A stretch of 64,000 nt of DNA from Camelus ferus. Its lineage: Eukaryota. Positions 52,259-64,000 of this stretch are shown in pieces. The notes beneath the pieces are model-generated. The model made no database searches. It had not been told where the DNA came from and was given only the letters and a program-made list of their open reading frames with translations. The stretch lies in the NCBI RefSeq assembly GCF_009834535.1, contig NC_045701.1, forward strand, positions 28,582,001 to 28,646,000, written 5' to 3'. The position numbers were made by a program, and so were the translations under genes. Position 1 is the stretch's first letter; each line of letters starts with the position of its first letter.

Positions 52259-53929
52259 CCATTCCTGAATGTCCATTATGTTATGAGACCTGGAGTAGAT
52301 GCTGTAACCAGAAGCAACACCTGGCTTAGTTAGAAAGGAAAGTACATGGCAGCAGCTGACCAACCCAGACTGCTCTTCAGCCAAAAGAACACAAAGGAGA
52401 CGTTCCCATCCCGGTCGGGTCTGTTGTTCCATTTTGCTGGCTCTGCCATGCCAGACAAGATTATTTGATTTATCTGATCCTTGGTGACCACATTCATCAC
52501 AGAAATTCACTGACACATTGGCACCTAGAATAAGACCTAGTAGGTGCTCAATAGTTCTTGGTTCTTTGCCTTGTGTGATAAGAAATATAAATACAGGATG
52601 AATTTTCAGATGTGTTCAGGCATTACAAATCTGGGCCCTTTAAAATATGACTGAAGTGTGGCATTTCATACTCCCTCAGCTTCAGTTCATTATTAATTGA
52701 ATTCTGCAGTCATCAATGTACTTGGTGCCCTGACCACTGAAAAGCAGTAATAGGATGGCTGCGGTTTAACCTTACTGGAAACCTAGCAATGGCTCTGACT
52801 CTTTGGAAGGAACAATTTGCACTGGCCCTGCCTGAGGGCATCACACTGAGAAACCAGCCCGACTGATGCCTCAGAAGAGGAGGAGGGAGGGGGTAGGAGG
52901 TGAAGCAGTACTTCCAAAGGAGATTTGCAGTTGTCTGGAAAAGTGACAGACTTTTCAAACTGGAAAGAACCTGGGAGAGTTCTAGCGAAACTCTTGGCTT
53001 TCTAAGGCCAAATCAGATTAACCTTAAGATTAAAGGGCTGCTCTAGCATCAGGTGCAGAGCGGCTGTCTCTTTTTGCCTGAGACAGTTCACCTGATGCTA
53101 CTTCAACAGATCGGGTCCCTCAGAGGAGCAGCACCAGAACTGGGCTCATGAGGAGACCGACTGGCTGCCTTTTGCCCGCAGCCATCATGAGGGGCTCTGG
53201 GAACCCCCGTGCCGCTCCTCCAAAGCCACCAGGGTTTGAAAACTTACCATTAGGAAATCAATCAGGTTTTGTTGCTTTAAAGGCATTTTGCTTATTGTAG
53301 TTGGCTTTTAAATCTTAAATGCCTAAGATGGAGTTTCCATTCTGGAGGTCGGTAGGTGGTGAAGAGTGCAAGGGCAGGACCCCGGAGCTGAGAGGGCGGG
53401 GTGGTACACATGAGGAGGTGGGAGGACATCAGAGACAAACTGTCTACCTGGCACATCCTCCCGGCCTAGGCCTGCCATCCTAGGGAATGCAGACCTGAGT
53501 TCTCAGCTGTCTCAGAGCCTTTTGCCCTGACACTGGCCTGGGACTCGACACAGATTTTGGTTCCTCCTCTTAGGCCAGATCCCTCTGTAGCCCAGCTGTG
53601 GCGGTCATCCTCTCTGTGCCTTTATTTCCCACCTCTACGGTGGGAATACTACCTCACCATTATCTGCTTCAGAAAGGCAAATTGACAGCGAGGCGGGAAA
53701 CAAGTCACCTGACACTGCTTTTTGAAGCAGATCGACCGCCACGTTCCTACACAGAGTGTTTCATGCCCAAGGGAACTGGGTTGAAGCTGAATGATTTTAT
53801 TTTAGGAAAAGAATTCCTGGGGGCTGATTGGAAAGCTTCCTTGGAAGCTCTGGGGGCCTTTCGTTCCTGAGTCTCGAGTGCGAACTGCTGCTGTCTGGTT
53901 CTGAGCCCTTCCCTCCCTTTGGCTTGCAG

Positions 53930-54095
53930 TGTGAAGCGCAGCAACTGCTACATGGTCTGGGGTGGGGACGTTGTGGCCACATCCCAAAGGGCGAGTCGCA
54001 GCAACGTGGACCTGGAGATCGGCTGCCTCGTGGACCTGGCCATGGGCATGTTGTCCTTCTCGGCCAATGGGAGGGAACTCGGCACCTGCTACCAG
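53930..54095 (+). CDS. RYR3: RYR3 exon, SPRY3 (VKRSNCYMVWGGD...RELGTCYQ)
   Basis: ttgcag|T acceptor, CAG|gtaggg donor; 166 nt, phase 2 to 0. Confidence 0.97.
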
Positions 54096-57000
54096 GTAGG
54101 GGGTGGCTTCTGGAGCCAAAGCAGCGGCATTCCCAGCCTGGGTGCTCAGGACTCTGCTCCTCAGTCTTCTCCATAATTGGCATCCCCACCTCTGTGTGTA
54201 GAGTTAATGCACCCATGTGGTCCAGAGCCATCTAGGACTACAAGCAAGAGCAAAGTGACTTCATTTTATTCAGAGGGGGGAAAAAATCTCACTTGAGGAA
54301 ACTCCTGTGTTCAAAACATACACCTATAAAAACTGATTAACTTGCCAGCTAGTGTTCCCTTTGCAAAGAGGTTATTCTCGTTCAGTACGGATTTTTTACA
54401 GGGTCCTTTAAAAATGTATTTACATAAATAATGTATTTCTGTCTTTCATTGACTGTGAACTTCGATAGAACTACTCGGGGAAGCCATCAGTTACACACAC
54501 ATAGGTTTACCTGTCATTAACCACAAGAAGCCTGATCTCCTTTCAGCCGGATTTTCATCTTTGATGGCCAAGTAAGCTTGGAAAGTACTACATACTGTAA
54601 CCTCCTTTGGAAGGTTTGCAGTGAGCATGAGTACAGGAAACCTTTCAGAAATGCTTCAGAATGAAACCTAGCCAAGCATTTCTCATATTAGTTAACCAAG
54701 AAAAGGCTTTTTTTTTTTTAAACTTCAACAACTAGTAGTATTCTATAAGCCTGGAGTTCTACAGGGCATACCATGGAAAAGACTAAGTTAGGGAGTAAAT
54801 TTCTGTATTAAACCTTCTTGACATAGAGAATGGAGAGCCTCTTATACATGTGGCTAGAATGTTATCTGGGTTTAGAGAATAACGTCCTGCGCCTATTGAG
54901 AGTAATCAAAGAAATGTTTATTACAGAGAGATCTTAATTTTGAAACAAAAAAAGAATTCTGGGTGGAGAGAGCAGAGTGTGTAGGTGGAAAGAATGGCAC
55001 AAGAAGTGTAATGGGGCAGGGGTGGTGGGGCATAAGGTGTGTTTGAGGAACGATGCTCAGAATAGAATGGGTGACGGTGCATGGTCACAGATTTAGAAAG
55101 GGGGTATTGGTAAGAAACGAGTTGCTCCTGAAGGGCCCTGACCAGGACCGTGGCAGGCTTAGCTGACTACAGCAGATACAGAGCATTCTGCTACTTGGTA
55201 AATGGGTGAAGCCCAGAAAAGCCCCTTGGCAGTCATTTGGCCTGTGAATGGAGAGCTGGGGGTATGCAGAGGAGAGAAGGTAGCTGCCCCAAACCTGAAA
55301 TAGTTGGTGACCGAAAACAGATGGACAGAACCCTTCCTGGGGGCCAAGGACGGCCTGCTGGCATGGAAGCCTTTTCCTGAACTCAAAAATCAACACGTGA
55401 GAGAGATAAATGCAGATAGAAAGGAAAGTTGCTTTTAATCAGAATGCCGGCAGTCTGGGGAGATGGTGGCCTCAGTGTCTCCCAGAGACCGTCTCCGAAG
55501 GTTCTGCTCAGCCATGACAGTTTTAAAGGGAGAAGGGGAAGTAATCACAGTTGATCATTGAGATGAGGGGTCAGTCATTACCATCCCCCACTGTGTGCGG
55601 GTTTGTGGGCTTCTCATGATCTCTCCAGATGCTGTATTGTTCACAGTTTGTCCACGAGAGTACTGATGGGGAGCTAGGGAAGAGATCTGGTCATCTGTTC
55701 GTTATTCTCCATTCCCACTTCTGTGATCTATGGAGAAAACCAATAGATTAGGCACTCCGTTGTGTGATCAGAAGACTTGAAAAGTAGGGGGAGGGGGCAG
55801 TGCCTGGTTTAAAAGTTAGTTATAATGTTGCTAAAGGGACAAGGCAAACGGGGTTTCCTGGGGAGGGCAGTTTCCTGCAAAGAGCCGCCCCCCAAGCCCT
55901 GTCCAGCCCCTCCTGCAGTGGGTAGCCCTCTGCACCTTCCCCTCCTCCCCTGGGAAGAAGTGGCGTCATCAGCTGGGACCCAACCAGCCACTCCCAGAAA
56001 GGAGCCTTTGCAAAACCAAGCTTTGAAGCAGAAAGTAAGGCAGTAATTTTTCCAGTACTTTCCCAGGAGTCCACCTCCCCTCCCCTGCCCCAGTCCCCTG
56101 AGGGGGTGCTTATAGACATTACTGCTGTCCTTCAGAATCCATTAGCTTTTTCCCATTAACTTTTGAAATGAGTTTGACTAAGGGGTCCTCCCTGAGCTGC
56201 AGAGAGCTCCAAAAAAAAAAAAACCACTTTTAAGGTACCTAAATAAGTAAGTAAATAAACAACCTATGGTGTTTGCAGCAGCAGTGATTCACCCACTTCA
56301 GGAAAGAGCCCATGATGGTGAGAGTGAGATGGCACAACAAAGACCAGGATACCGTGCCATTTGTACCCCGTCTTTCACAGCGGTTCCTGGATGGTGCCGG
56401 GCTGGTCATTTGTCTTCTCTGAGCTGCACGTTAGCCCTGGCCTCGCTCCCCGCAAGATGCCTGCCGTGCCTCCATGCATGTAAATCCTGATGGCTCTGCT
56501 CAGTGGTTCCAATCCCTTCCCACCCCAAGGTGGGAACGGATGTCCGGACTCTGCGCAGGGACCCTGGGGAGGCTCCCCCGCAGCCACCCACTGCTCATTC
56601 CCCGCGAGACAGTAACGTGTCCAGCTGTGCGTCTGGTCTCCTGGCAGTGGGATGATTGTTATTCTGCGGCTGTAGCCATTTTCATTTTTCAGTTATCTCG
56701 GGAGGAGCAGGGCAGCAATATTTATACACTGGCTTTCTATTTGGAAAGGACCAGTAACCAAAATAATGAGAGAAGGATTCTCTCAGACAATGTTTCCAAG
56801 CCTCCCCATTAAATACTGCTACGCAATTGGAAAAGCTTTTTCTGTCTCACTTAATGTAATCATGGGAGAAATGAGAGAGGAAATGTATGTTCAAGAGATA
56901 CTCCTCAGTGCCTGCCCCTCCCACCCACCCTCCGTCCACATGGCTCTGAGAACAGAACCAGCTAGAAGATTCAGTATTTCCAAGAGGGGCTGCTTTTCAA

Positions 57001-57330
57001 TTCAGGCTAGTTCCTATGCCCCGACCTTCACATGTGACTAGACAGAGAATGTCTATTATTGCAAAGACAAAATAGATCAGCCAGTGATAAAAGGTACCTT
57101 AAACACAAAGGGAAGAAAGGCCATGCATTTCATGGCAGCCTCCAATCTGGGCTCGCTGCTTACTCCGTTAGAATGCACACTCCCCATCTAGAATGTGAGC
57201 TCCTTGAGGGCAGAGACCGTCTCCCCTCTCTCTTGTTCGCTGCTGCCTCCCCTGTGCACGAAACAGCACCTAGCACCTCGTACTCCTAAGTATTTGTTGT
57301 CAAACTGACCAAGTCAGCTGGGAAGCCACT

Positions 57331-57897
57331 GTATTCATTTTTTAGTTGCTGCCTGACAAGTTACCATGAAATTAGCAGCCAAAAGCAGCATCCGTGTGTC
57401 ACTTCACAGTTTCTCTAGATGTGGCCAGGTTCTCTGTCCAGGTTCTCACAAGGCCAAAATCAAGGTGTCGACTGGGCTGAGCTGGCTCTGTTGGGAGGCT
57501 CTGGGAGGAATCCCCTCCAAGCTCACTCACACTGTCGGCAGGACCCAGCTGGCGTTGTGGGCTGCGGCTCTGGGCGCCCCGTTTTCTCGCTGCCTGGCTC
57601 TGGGGAATGCCCACATTCCTTCTCACGAGGCCCCTTCCACCCTCAAAGCCCACAAGGGCACGTCCGGTTCTTCTCGTGCTTTGACCCTCTCTGACTTGCC
57701 CTTCTGCCCCCGGCAGGAGGAAACTCCTGCGTTTTAAGGGCTCATGCAGTTGGATTAGGCCACAAGCGTGTTCTGTCGGAAGGTCAGCTGGTAAGTAGCC
57801 TTCCTGACATCTGCAGAATGCCTCTTGCCCTGTGACGTACACGGTCCCAGGACCAAGCCCAGGGTCAGGAGGGCAGTCTAGGATTCCGCTTACCACA
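57331..57897 (-). mobile_element. MaLR MLT1 (E/F-like) LTR
   Basis: tgtattcatttttagttgctgcc...ctcacaaggccaaaatcaaggtgtcg...ccaagctcactca...taccaca matches the MLT1 antisense pattern. Confidence 0.8.
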
Positions 57898-58875
57898 CCA
57901 CCCGTTCTGTTTCTCTCCTGAGTACGCCCATCAGGAGCTCACACTTGTGTTTTCTTGTTATTTTGGTGACTGAAGAGAAATTTCCATTGTTTACCATGGT
58001 GGAAGTGTACTCTGCACGGTAGAAATAAACCTGTCCCAGGGTGTCCATCCTAAATGCTTTCAAAGACCTCCTCTCTGCAGGGAGGCTTGAGGAGGGCCCT
58101 GGCGTTTGACTGGGTAGCTTGTGAAGTTTGCAGGGACCAGTCCTGAGGAATCTATAAACACGCCACCCTCTTCAGCTGATTTGGCTCAGTGTCGGAAGCC
58201 TCCGGCTGAATGCAGTTCTCTCTCCCTGTGAGCGCAGACTCGAGGGCTTCTTGCTGGTCCAAGTGAAGTTTTCTCAGCCTCCAGACCTCTGTTGGCCTCG
58301 GGTTGCAGTGGCACGAGGTTCACACATTGTTCTAGATGTCCCATGTTGGGCCTTTGAGAAATCAAGGGCCAGCCCAGGGACGACTCTTGCCTTATGGCCG
58401 AAGTTACACAAATCAGAATTTCCCTTTGTGTCTCTCACCATGGCATACCCAGAGCCTGGCACAAAGCAGGTGCATGACAGGCAGTGAATAATTGTTGAAT
58501 GTCCTCAGCAAAGTTTATTTCAGACACAGCCGGGCAGTTCTAGCAGTCCGTCCCTACATGTTATGTTGGTCTTCGGGGTAGCATCCTTTCATATCATCCG
58601 TGGGTACCTGACGTACCTGGTGTAAAGCAAATGTTCACGTGGGACGCGTGTGCGCACTGCAGTGTGCTGGAATGACATCTGCCGACCACAAGTCCGGGGC
58701 TTAACCAATCTGCCCTCTTCACCGTGAGCAGATGACAGCACTGGACAACACAGTCTTTTATGGCACTTCCAGCCATTAAAAGGTGCGTTTATAAACCTTA
58801 TGTTTAGATGCACTGGGGAAGTTCATTGTTTAAAAGCAGCCTGTAACACATATCCTAACCAAAAGGAAAATCACT

Positions 58876-59430
58876 GTATTCCTTTTCTGTTGCCTCGTAA
58901 CAAATCACCACAAACTCAGTGACTGAAAACGTCATACGTTTACTGTCCCACGGTGTCCAAGGGCCAGAAGTCAGGGCCCAGCTTAGCTCAGTCCCCTGCT
59001 CAGGATTTCATAAGGCTATAGTCAAGGTGTCAGCCAGGCTGCATTCTGTTCTGAAGCGCAGGGTCCCTTCCCACGAGGAGCTCCTGTGGTTATCAGCAGA
59101 ATCCAGTTTCTTGCAGTTGTAGAACTGGGGCTCCATTTCTTGTTGGCTGCAGCCGGGGGCCGACCACTCTCAGCCCCATGAGACCCTGGACCCCTTGTCA
59201 CGTGGCTCTCGCCCAACACAGCAGTTTCTGTCTCTGGGGTCAGCTGGAGAAGCTTCCTCTCCAGTCTGCTGTGAAGGAGTCTTACATGATGCAACCTAAC
59301 CAAGGGAGTGACAGTTCTTTCACTTTTGCCTTATTCTGTTTTCTAGAAACAAGTCAGTTTCTAGGAGAGGGGATTGTACATGAGGTCACTCACTGGGGGA
59401 CGCTTGGGCTGTATGTTCACAGTGCCCAGC
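58876..59430 (-). mobile_element. MaLR MLT1 (E/F-like) LTR
   Basis: tgtattccttttctgttgcctcgtaacaaatcaccacaaactcagtgactgaaaac...caaggtgtcagccaggctgcattct matches the MLT1 antisense pattern. Confidence 0.8.
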
Positions 59431-59826
59431 ATCCCCGAATCTGACGCGTTGGGAGAGTCGTGAGAATGTCCTAATGTCTAAATTTGCTTAAAGGCAAAGG
59501 GCTTCAGTTGGTGGAATCAGAGTCCCATTTCTTCTTCTATGGTCCTCCAAGTCTGATCAAAGCCCTCCATCAAAGTGAGCAAGTAACAGGTAGAGCTCCT
59601 GGTGTCACAAATACACAGATCCACGTGCCTCATCTAAATGGCAGCTGAAAGACAGCTGGTGAATTCAGCACCATTTAATGTAAGAACTAGAATCACGAAG
59701 AGGGAGGAAAGGGTGAAGAGAAGTCCAGGGGAACCAGGTGAGAAGGAGAGGTTTTGCAGGAGACAGGCGCTGCAGGGCAGCCTCCTCAGGTTACCCTGGG
59801 GAAGTACCCCATGGTCCCTGCCTGCA

Positions 59827-60043
59827 AAGTGGGCTCTCGAGTGGGAGCACTTCTCCCTTCGAGGGACATTTGGCAACCTCTGGAGACGTTTTGGGTTGTC
59901 ACGATTGTGGTGGGGGTGGGGAGTACGATGGACGTCTTAGTACGCAGAGGCCAGCGATGCTACTAATTGTCCCCAGTGCACAAGACAGCCCCCCCACACT
60001 TACCTGGCCCCAACACCAGCTGTATCAAGGCTGAGAAGCCCTG
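59827..60043. mobile_element. MER20 (hAT-Charlie) DNA transposon
   Basis: gggacatttggcaacctctggagacgttttgggttgtcac...cacaagacagccccccaca...ggctgagaagccctg matches MER20. Confidence 0.85.
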
Positions 60044-60548
60044 CTGTCAGTCCCCGGGCTCACCTGACCAATGTCCATGTGCCTTCAGAAATAGTAGTGA
60101 AGTCACTGCACTGCCTTCAGTTGTCACCTTCCATGGGTAGGAGTGATGACGGAGCTGCCCGTGGCCAGGGGTCTCCATGCTGTGTGAAGAGCCAGCATCT
60201 CACGTTATTCTGTGACCAGAGCAGTCATTGCCTGTGATGGCAAGTTGGTAGCTCCCACCAGAGGAGGCTGCTGGCTTCAGTTACCTGAGAGAGAAAATGA
60301 AATGACACAAGGTGGTTCAGTCCCGTGTGGAGAGAGAGGAAGAGGAGTGTTTAAGGTAGTGAGCAGTGATGGCATCTACCAGCAGGCACCAGGTCCCTGG
60401 GAATTTCTGAGCAGTGGACAGTGACCAGCCGGTTAACTGTCCTCTTTCAGCTCGAGTTAGAGTGAGGGCATTGATTAAAACACCCCTGATTTCACCTCCT
60501 ATGACTTTATAATGCTGAGCAAACCTCTCCATTTGTTTTGGTTTCCAG

Positions 60549-60635
60549 GTGGAGCCCAATACCAAAGTGTTTCCAGCGGTCTTCCTGCAACCTACAAGCA
60601 CCTCTTTGTTTCAGTTTGAACTTGGGAACCTGAAG
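60549..60635 (+). CDS. RYR3: RYR3 exon, SPRY3 end ([29 protein letters not shown])
   Basis: ttccag|GTG acceptor, AAG|gtattt donor; 87 nt, phase 0 to 0. Confidence 0.96.
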
Positions 60636-61373
60636 GTATTTATCTGTCCCCTCGTCTAATGGCTATGACGTGAGAAGGTGCCCTAACCACTTGCAGGGAA
60701 AAGCTCAGGCCCGAGAACACAGGGAATCTGTCACTTCTTGCTTCTCGTATGCCCCCGGGACCCCTCCACTTGCCCGTGAAACTCACACGACAGGACATAG
60801 GTTCCCGCTTTCCCCTGCTCCCACTTCTCCTGGTGCTGAGGGAAAGAATGCTCGTGTAAACCCGTTACACAAGGTCTTAACTAATGCTGGCAAAGCCCTC
60901 GTTGGTCCCTGTGTTACCGAGCCCAAACTCGTTCTGCTCGCTACACAGCAGGCCAGTAAATTGGGAGACGAGGTGTTGGGACAAGTAACGACTTTATTCA
61001 GAAAGACAGCAGGCCAAGAAAATGGCAGACTAACGTCCTAGCGAACCACCTTCCCCAAGTTAGAATTCAGGCTCCTTTTTTCTTTTTTAAACACATATAA
61101 ATCTTTAATCTCACAAAACTACAGATATACAACACGTATTTTATATGTAATAAAAATATAAAACTATGTAGTAGAAAAAAGCTCACTAAATGCCTGATAA
61201 TGGCTGGCTCTGGGAAGAGGGGGGATGTCAGGGAAATGAGGGATGATGGATGGTAGGAGAACTCAACTTTCATTGCAGTATTTCATTTGGTTTATTAGTG
61301 AAAGGTTTGAGCAGTGGGTACAGCTGCCTGTTTATTATATTTTAATATTTGAAAATTTAGAAGAACGGAGTTC

Positions 61374-61896
61374 TGTTAAAAGTGAAAGACAACTATAGAG
61401 AGAGAAAGAGGTTTGTTGACCAACAATTCTAACCAAATAATAGGTCTGTTTTTTCCCGGCCATGAACACCACACTAGTGTGTACCTCATACATTATGAAA
61501 GTCCTAGCCTTCAAGTTTTTTTTTTTTAATCTTTTTACTCAGTTTTCAAGAATTCAGGCTCCTTTTATACTAAGGGGGGAGTGGTGGTTGGTTGTTGCCA
61601 ACTTCTTGGTGTCTGATTCCTTTGTTCTTGCAGCTGTCCCTGTGGGTCAGGTCCTGGTGTCCCTGTAAACTTCCAACAAAACAAATGCTATTTTCTGTTC
61701 TGCAACTTTTTATCTTTATATGAATGGAAAAGTGTTAATGCTCTTAAAAGTCAGCGCCTTGCGAACAGGCCCTCCTGTATATTTCAGGCTGTAGGCAACA
61801 CTCTTTTACAAAAGGCGCAGAGCCAGCAAGAAACAGAGCACAGGGTTAAAGCCAAAGGAAGATCTAAGAAGGAGTCAGATTTGTTCTTTTGTATCA
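61374..61896 (-). mobile_element. Solo ERV LTR (ERV1-like), antisense
   Basis: TG...CA termini, with the reverse complement starting TGATACAAAAGAACAAATCTGACTCC. Antisense TATAAAAG at 61562-61569 and ATTAAA at 61525-61530. No clean TSD seen, so the left boundary is uncertain. Confidence 0.62.
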
Positions 61897-62031
61897 CGCC
61901 TAGATACATTGTCTCTCTTTGACATGTACCAATCCTGTTGGTCGCGACAGTCCAGGTGCATTATCCAGCCACTGAGGAGCTCTGTGTTGCCCGTGTGTCC
62001 TCCTCTCTCATGCCTCTCTGCCTTGCCCCAG

Positions 62032-62258
62032 AACGCGATGCCCCTGTCTNNNNNNNNNNNNNNNNNNNNNNNNNNNNNNNNNNNNNNNNNNNNNNNNNNN
62101 NNNNNNNNNNNNNNNNNNNNNNNNNNNNNNNNNNNNNNNNNNNNNNNNNNNNNNNNNNNNNNNNNNNNNNNNNNNNNNNNNNNNNNNNNNNNNNNNNNNN
62201 NNNNNNNNNNNNNNNNNNNNNNNNNNNNNNNNNNNNNNNNNNNNNNNNNNNNNAACAG
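62032..62258 (+). CDS. RYR3: RYR3 exon (NAMPLS...[N]...ENR), mostly N-masked
   Basis: cccag|AAC GCG ATG CCC CTG TCT, then 204 N, then AACAG|gtagtg. Total 227 nt, phase 0 to 2, which fits the flanking exons. Confidence 0.9.
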
Positions 62259-63637
62259 GTAGTGGAGGGGCCCGTGGACGTGGGGAGGTGGGGCCCGGCC
62301 AGCCGGAAGGCAGGGAGGAGCATCCTCGTTGACCAAGGGCCCGAGATGACGGCTCATTTCACCCAGGGCTCGGTTTCTCTTCTTCCCTTTCCCTACTTTC
62401 GCTATTCGCTCAGAAACAGCGGGGTGTTCACAATGACGTGCCTGCCACGGGGCCTTTCCTGTAGCTCCAAGTGCCTGCACTCAGGAACGTTTCCATGCCT
62501 TTCGTCAAAAACCGTAGTGAGACCCAGCAATATGTGTTATTGATGGCGAGAAGGGGAAGAATGAGGCGTGCCTAGCTTGCTTGGAGAACCACAAATCAGG
62601 CTTCTGGTCCCACCTTGTTAGGAAGCCCTCTTGGATGCCACCATTCAGTTCCAGCACGATCACATTCTGGCTGTGTGGCCTTGAGTGAATTAGTCGTGCA
62701 CTCCAGGCCTCAGTCTCCTCCTCAGTACCATGAGATAAGTGCCACCCAGAGCACTGCTGGGAGGAGGGGGAAAAAAAGAAATCATGTTGATAAAATCTAG
62801 TTCAGCTTCTGTACCTAGTAAGAATTACATAAGTTTTGTTTTATGGATGTTGTTACCCCTTGGACTAAAAATTTAACATTCTAGAGGATGGAGGCATTTG
62901 TCACCCACGTAGCTCCCGTTTAGGTATTCCGCTGGATCCTCTGCAGCTGCCGGAGGAGGAAGTGAGCCACAGTGAGGAGTAAGACAAAGTGGAAAACCTA
63001 AGCAAAGATGTGAGGCCACGCCCTGGGCCCCTGCAAACAAGGGAGTAATACACAGGCAGATAGATCTGTAAAGTCAGGATGGATAAAGGGATGCCAGCCC
63101 ATCTCAGATTGGGAAGCGTCCCCTCTCTGGACAGGAGTGCAGGGGTGTGTGTGTTTCCAGGAGAGGAAAAGCCCCGTAGCTGATGGCAGAGTGGAGATGA
63201 TGCGGACGCTGCAGAGGGAAGACTGGGGGAGGGCTCCTGCTGTGTCTTCTGAGGCGCGCTTACCTCAGGAAACGAGGATCCCCTGAGTCTAGAAAGAAGA
63301 GGACCAAGTCACCTCTGTCACGTCCCCGAATGTTTTCAGTTTTAAGATTTGTTTTTTTCCCTAATAATAAGGACTTTCATTTTTGATAAGCTTGTGTCTT
63401 TCAAGTCTTACAGACTTTTGAGACCCTTGTAGTTAGAAGTGGTGGATGATCAGGAGCTGAGATACGGACGAGAACTGGGAGAGGAATGATAACCTGTCAG
63501 GGAAGGTGGGACAGAGACTCCTCCAGGCTCCCAGCCCCTCCGCCTTCACTGGGTCGGGTGCAATCCCTGGGGATTCAGAGAGCACGCACTCTGCTGAATT
63601 CCGGCCCGTTTTTCTCCCTGGCTTGTCCCGCCCTCAG

Positions 63638-64000
63638 GTGTGTGGACATCCTGGAGCTGTGTGAGCAGGAGGACCTGATGCAGTTCCACTACCACACGCT
63701 GAGACTCTACAGCGCCGTGTGTGCCCTGGGANNNNNNNNNNNNNNNNNNNNNNNNNNNNNNNNNNNNNNNNNNNNNNNNNNNNNNNNNNNNNNNNNNNNN
63801 NNNNNNNNNNNNNNNNNNNNNNNNNNNNNNNNNNNNNNNNNNNNNNNNNNNNNNNNNNNNNNNNNNNNNNNNNNNNNNNAGCTGATGATGAAGAATGAGT
63901 ACATCATCCCCATCACCGGCACCACCCGGAAAATCCGCCTGTACCCCGACGCGTCCAAGAGGCATGGGCTCCCTGGGGTGGGCCCAAGAACGTGCCTCAA
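63638..64000 (+). CDS. RYR3: RYR3 exon, handle/junctional solenoid start ([31 protein letters not shown]...[N]...[39 protein letters not shown]), runs off the window
   Basis: ctcag|G acceptor. The frame is preserved across 148 N, and no donor appears before the window end. Confidence 0.95.

Larger units (their letters stand above)
4217..64000 (+). other. RYR3: Ryanodine receptor 3 gene, internal portion (19 coding exons in window; gene extends beyond both ends)
   Basis: Exon lengths are 134, 242, 193, 217, 105, 104, 84, 160, 148, 206, 175, 209, 176, 37, 164, 166, 87, 227 and >=363 nt. Splice sites are AG/GT and phases are fully compatible. The translation matches RyR3 as recalled (e.g. [43 protein letters not shown]), and DR2 is absent. 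Confidence 0.97.

Noticed and set aside
53797-54231. Antisense ORFs over RYR3 exons (also 34915-35205, 46424-46771 and 48167-48430)
   Set aside because: These are shadow ORFs opposite GC3-rich coding sequence, with no independent evidence.
61875-62543. 201-aa ORFs on both strands
   Set aside because: Their length is an artefact of reading through 204 N with no stops.
1-64000. tRNA, snRNA, snoRNA, miRNA or processed pseudogene nested in the introns; a novel multi-gene system
   Set aside because: I recognised none by eye. All coding signal is explained by RYR3 and L1 remnants. An Infernal/Rfam scan and tBLASTn search would be needed to exclude small RNAs or decayed retrocopies.

Overview
Mammalian genomic DNA covering an internal part of the ryanodine receptor 3 gene (RYR3) on the + strand. 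I reconstructed 19 coding exons from 4217 to the window end. All have AG acceptors, the 18 complete exons have GT donors, and the phases chain into one reading frame of about 3.2 kb (about 1,065 codons). They encode the end of the N-terminal solenoid, SPRY1, RY repeats 1-2, SPRY2, SPRY3 and the start of the handle/junctional solenoid. The short SPRY2-SPRY3 linker lacking divergent region 2 and RYR3-type residues distinguish it from RYR1 and RYR2. Introns carry ordinary eutherian repeats (L1, L2, MIR, MLT1, MER20, MER33, MER5, ERV LTRs). The L1 3' ends look cetartiodactyl, possibly camelid; that assignment is inference. Seven N blocks of 128-204 nt occur, and the two inside exons match the expected coding length exactly, so they look like masking rather than gaps. 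I found no novel biological system, RNA gene or CRISPR array. The best leads are splice-site oddities, L1 structures (a possible 3' transduction and an inverted pair) and an antisense LTR next to an exon. Comparisons with human proteins and repeat consensus sequences are from memory and need confirmation by alignment.
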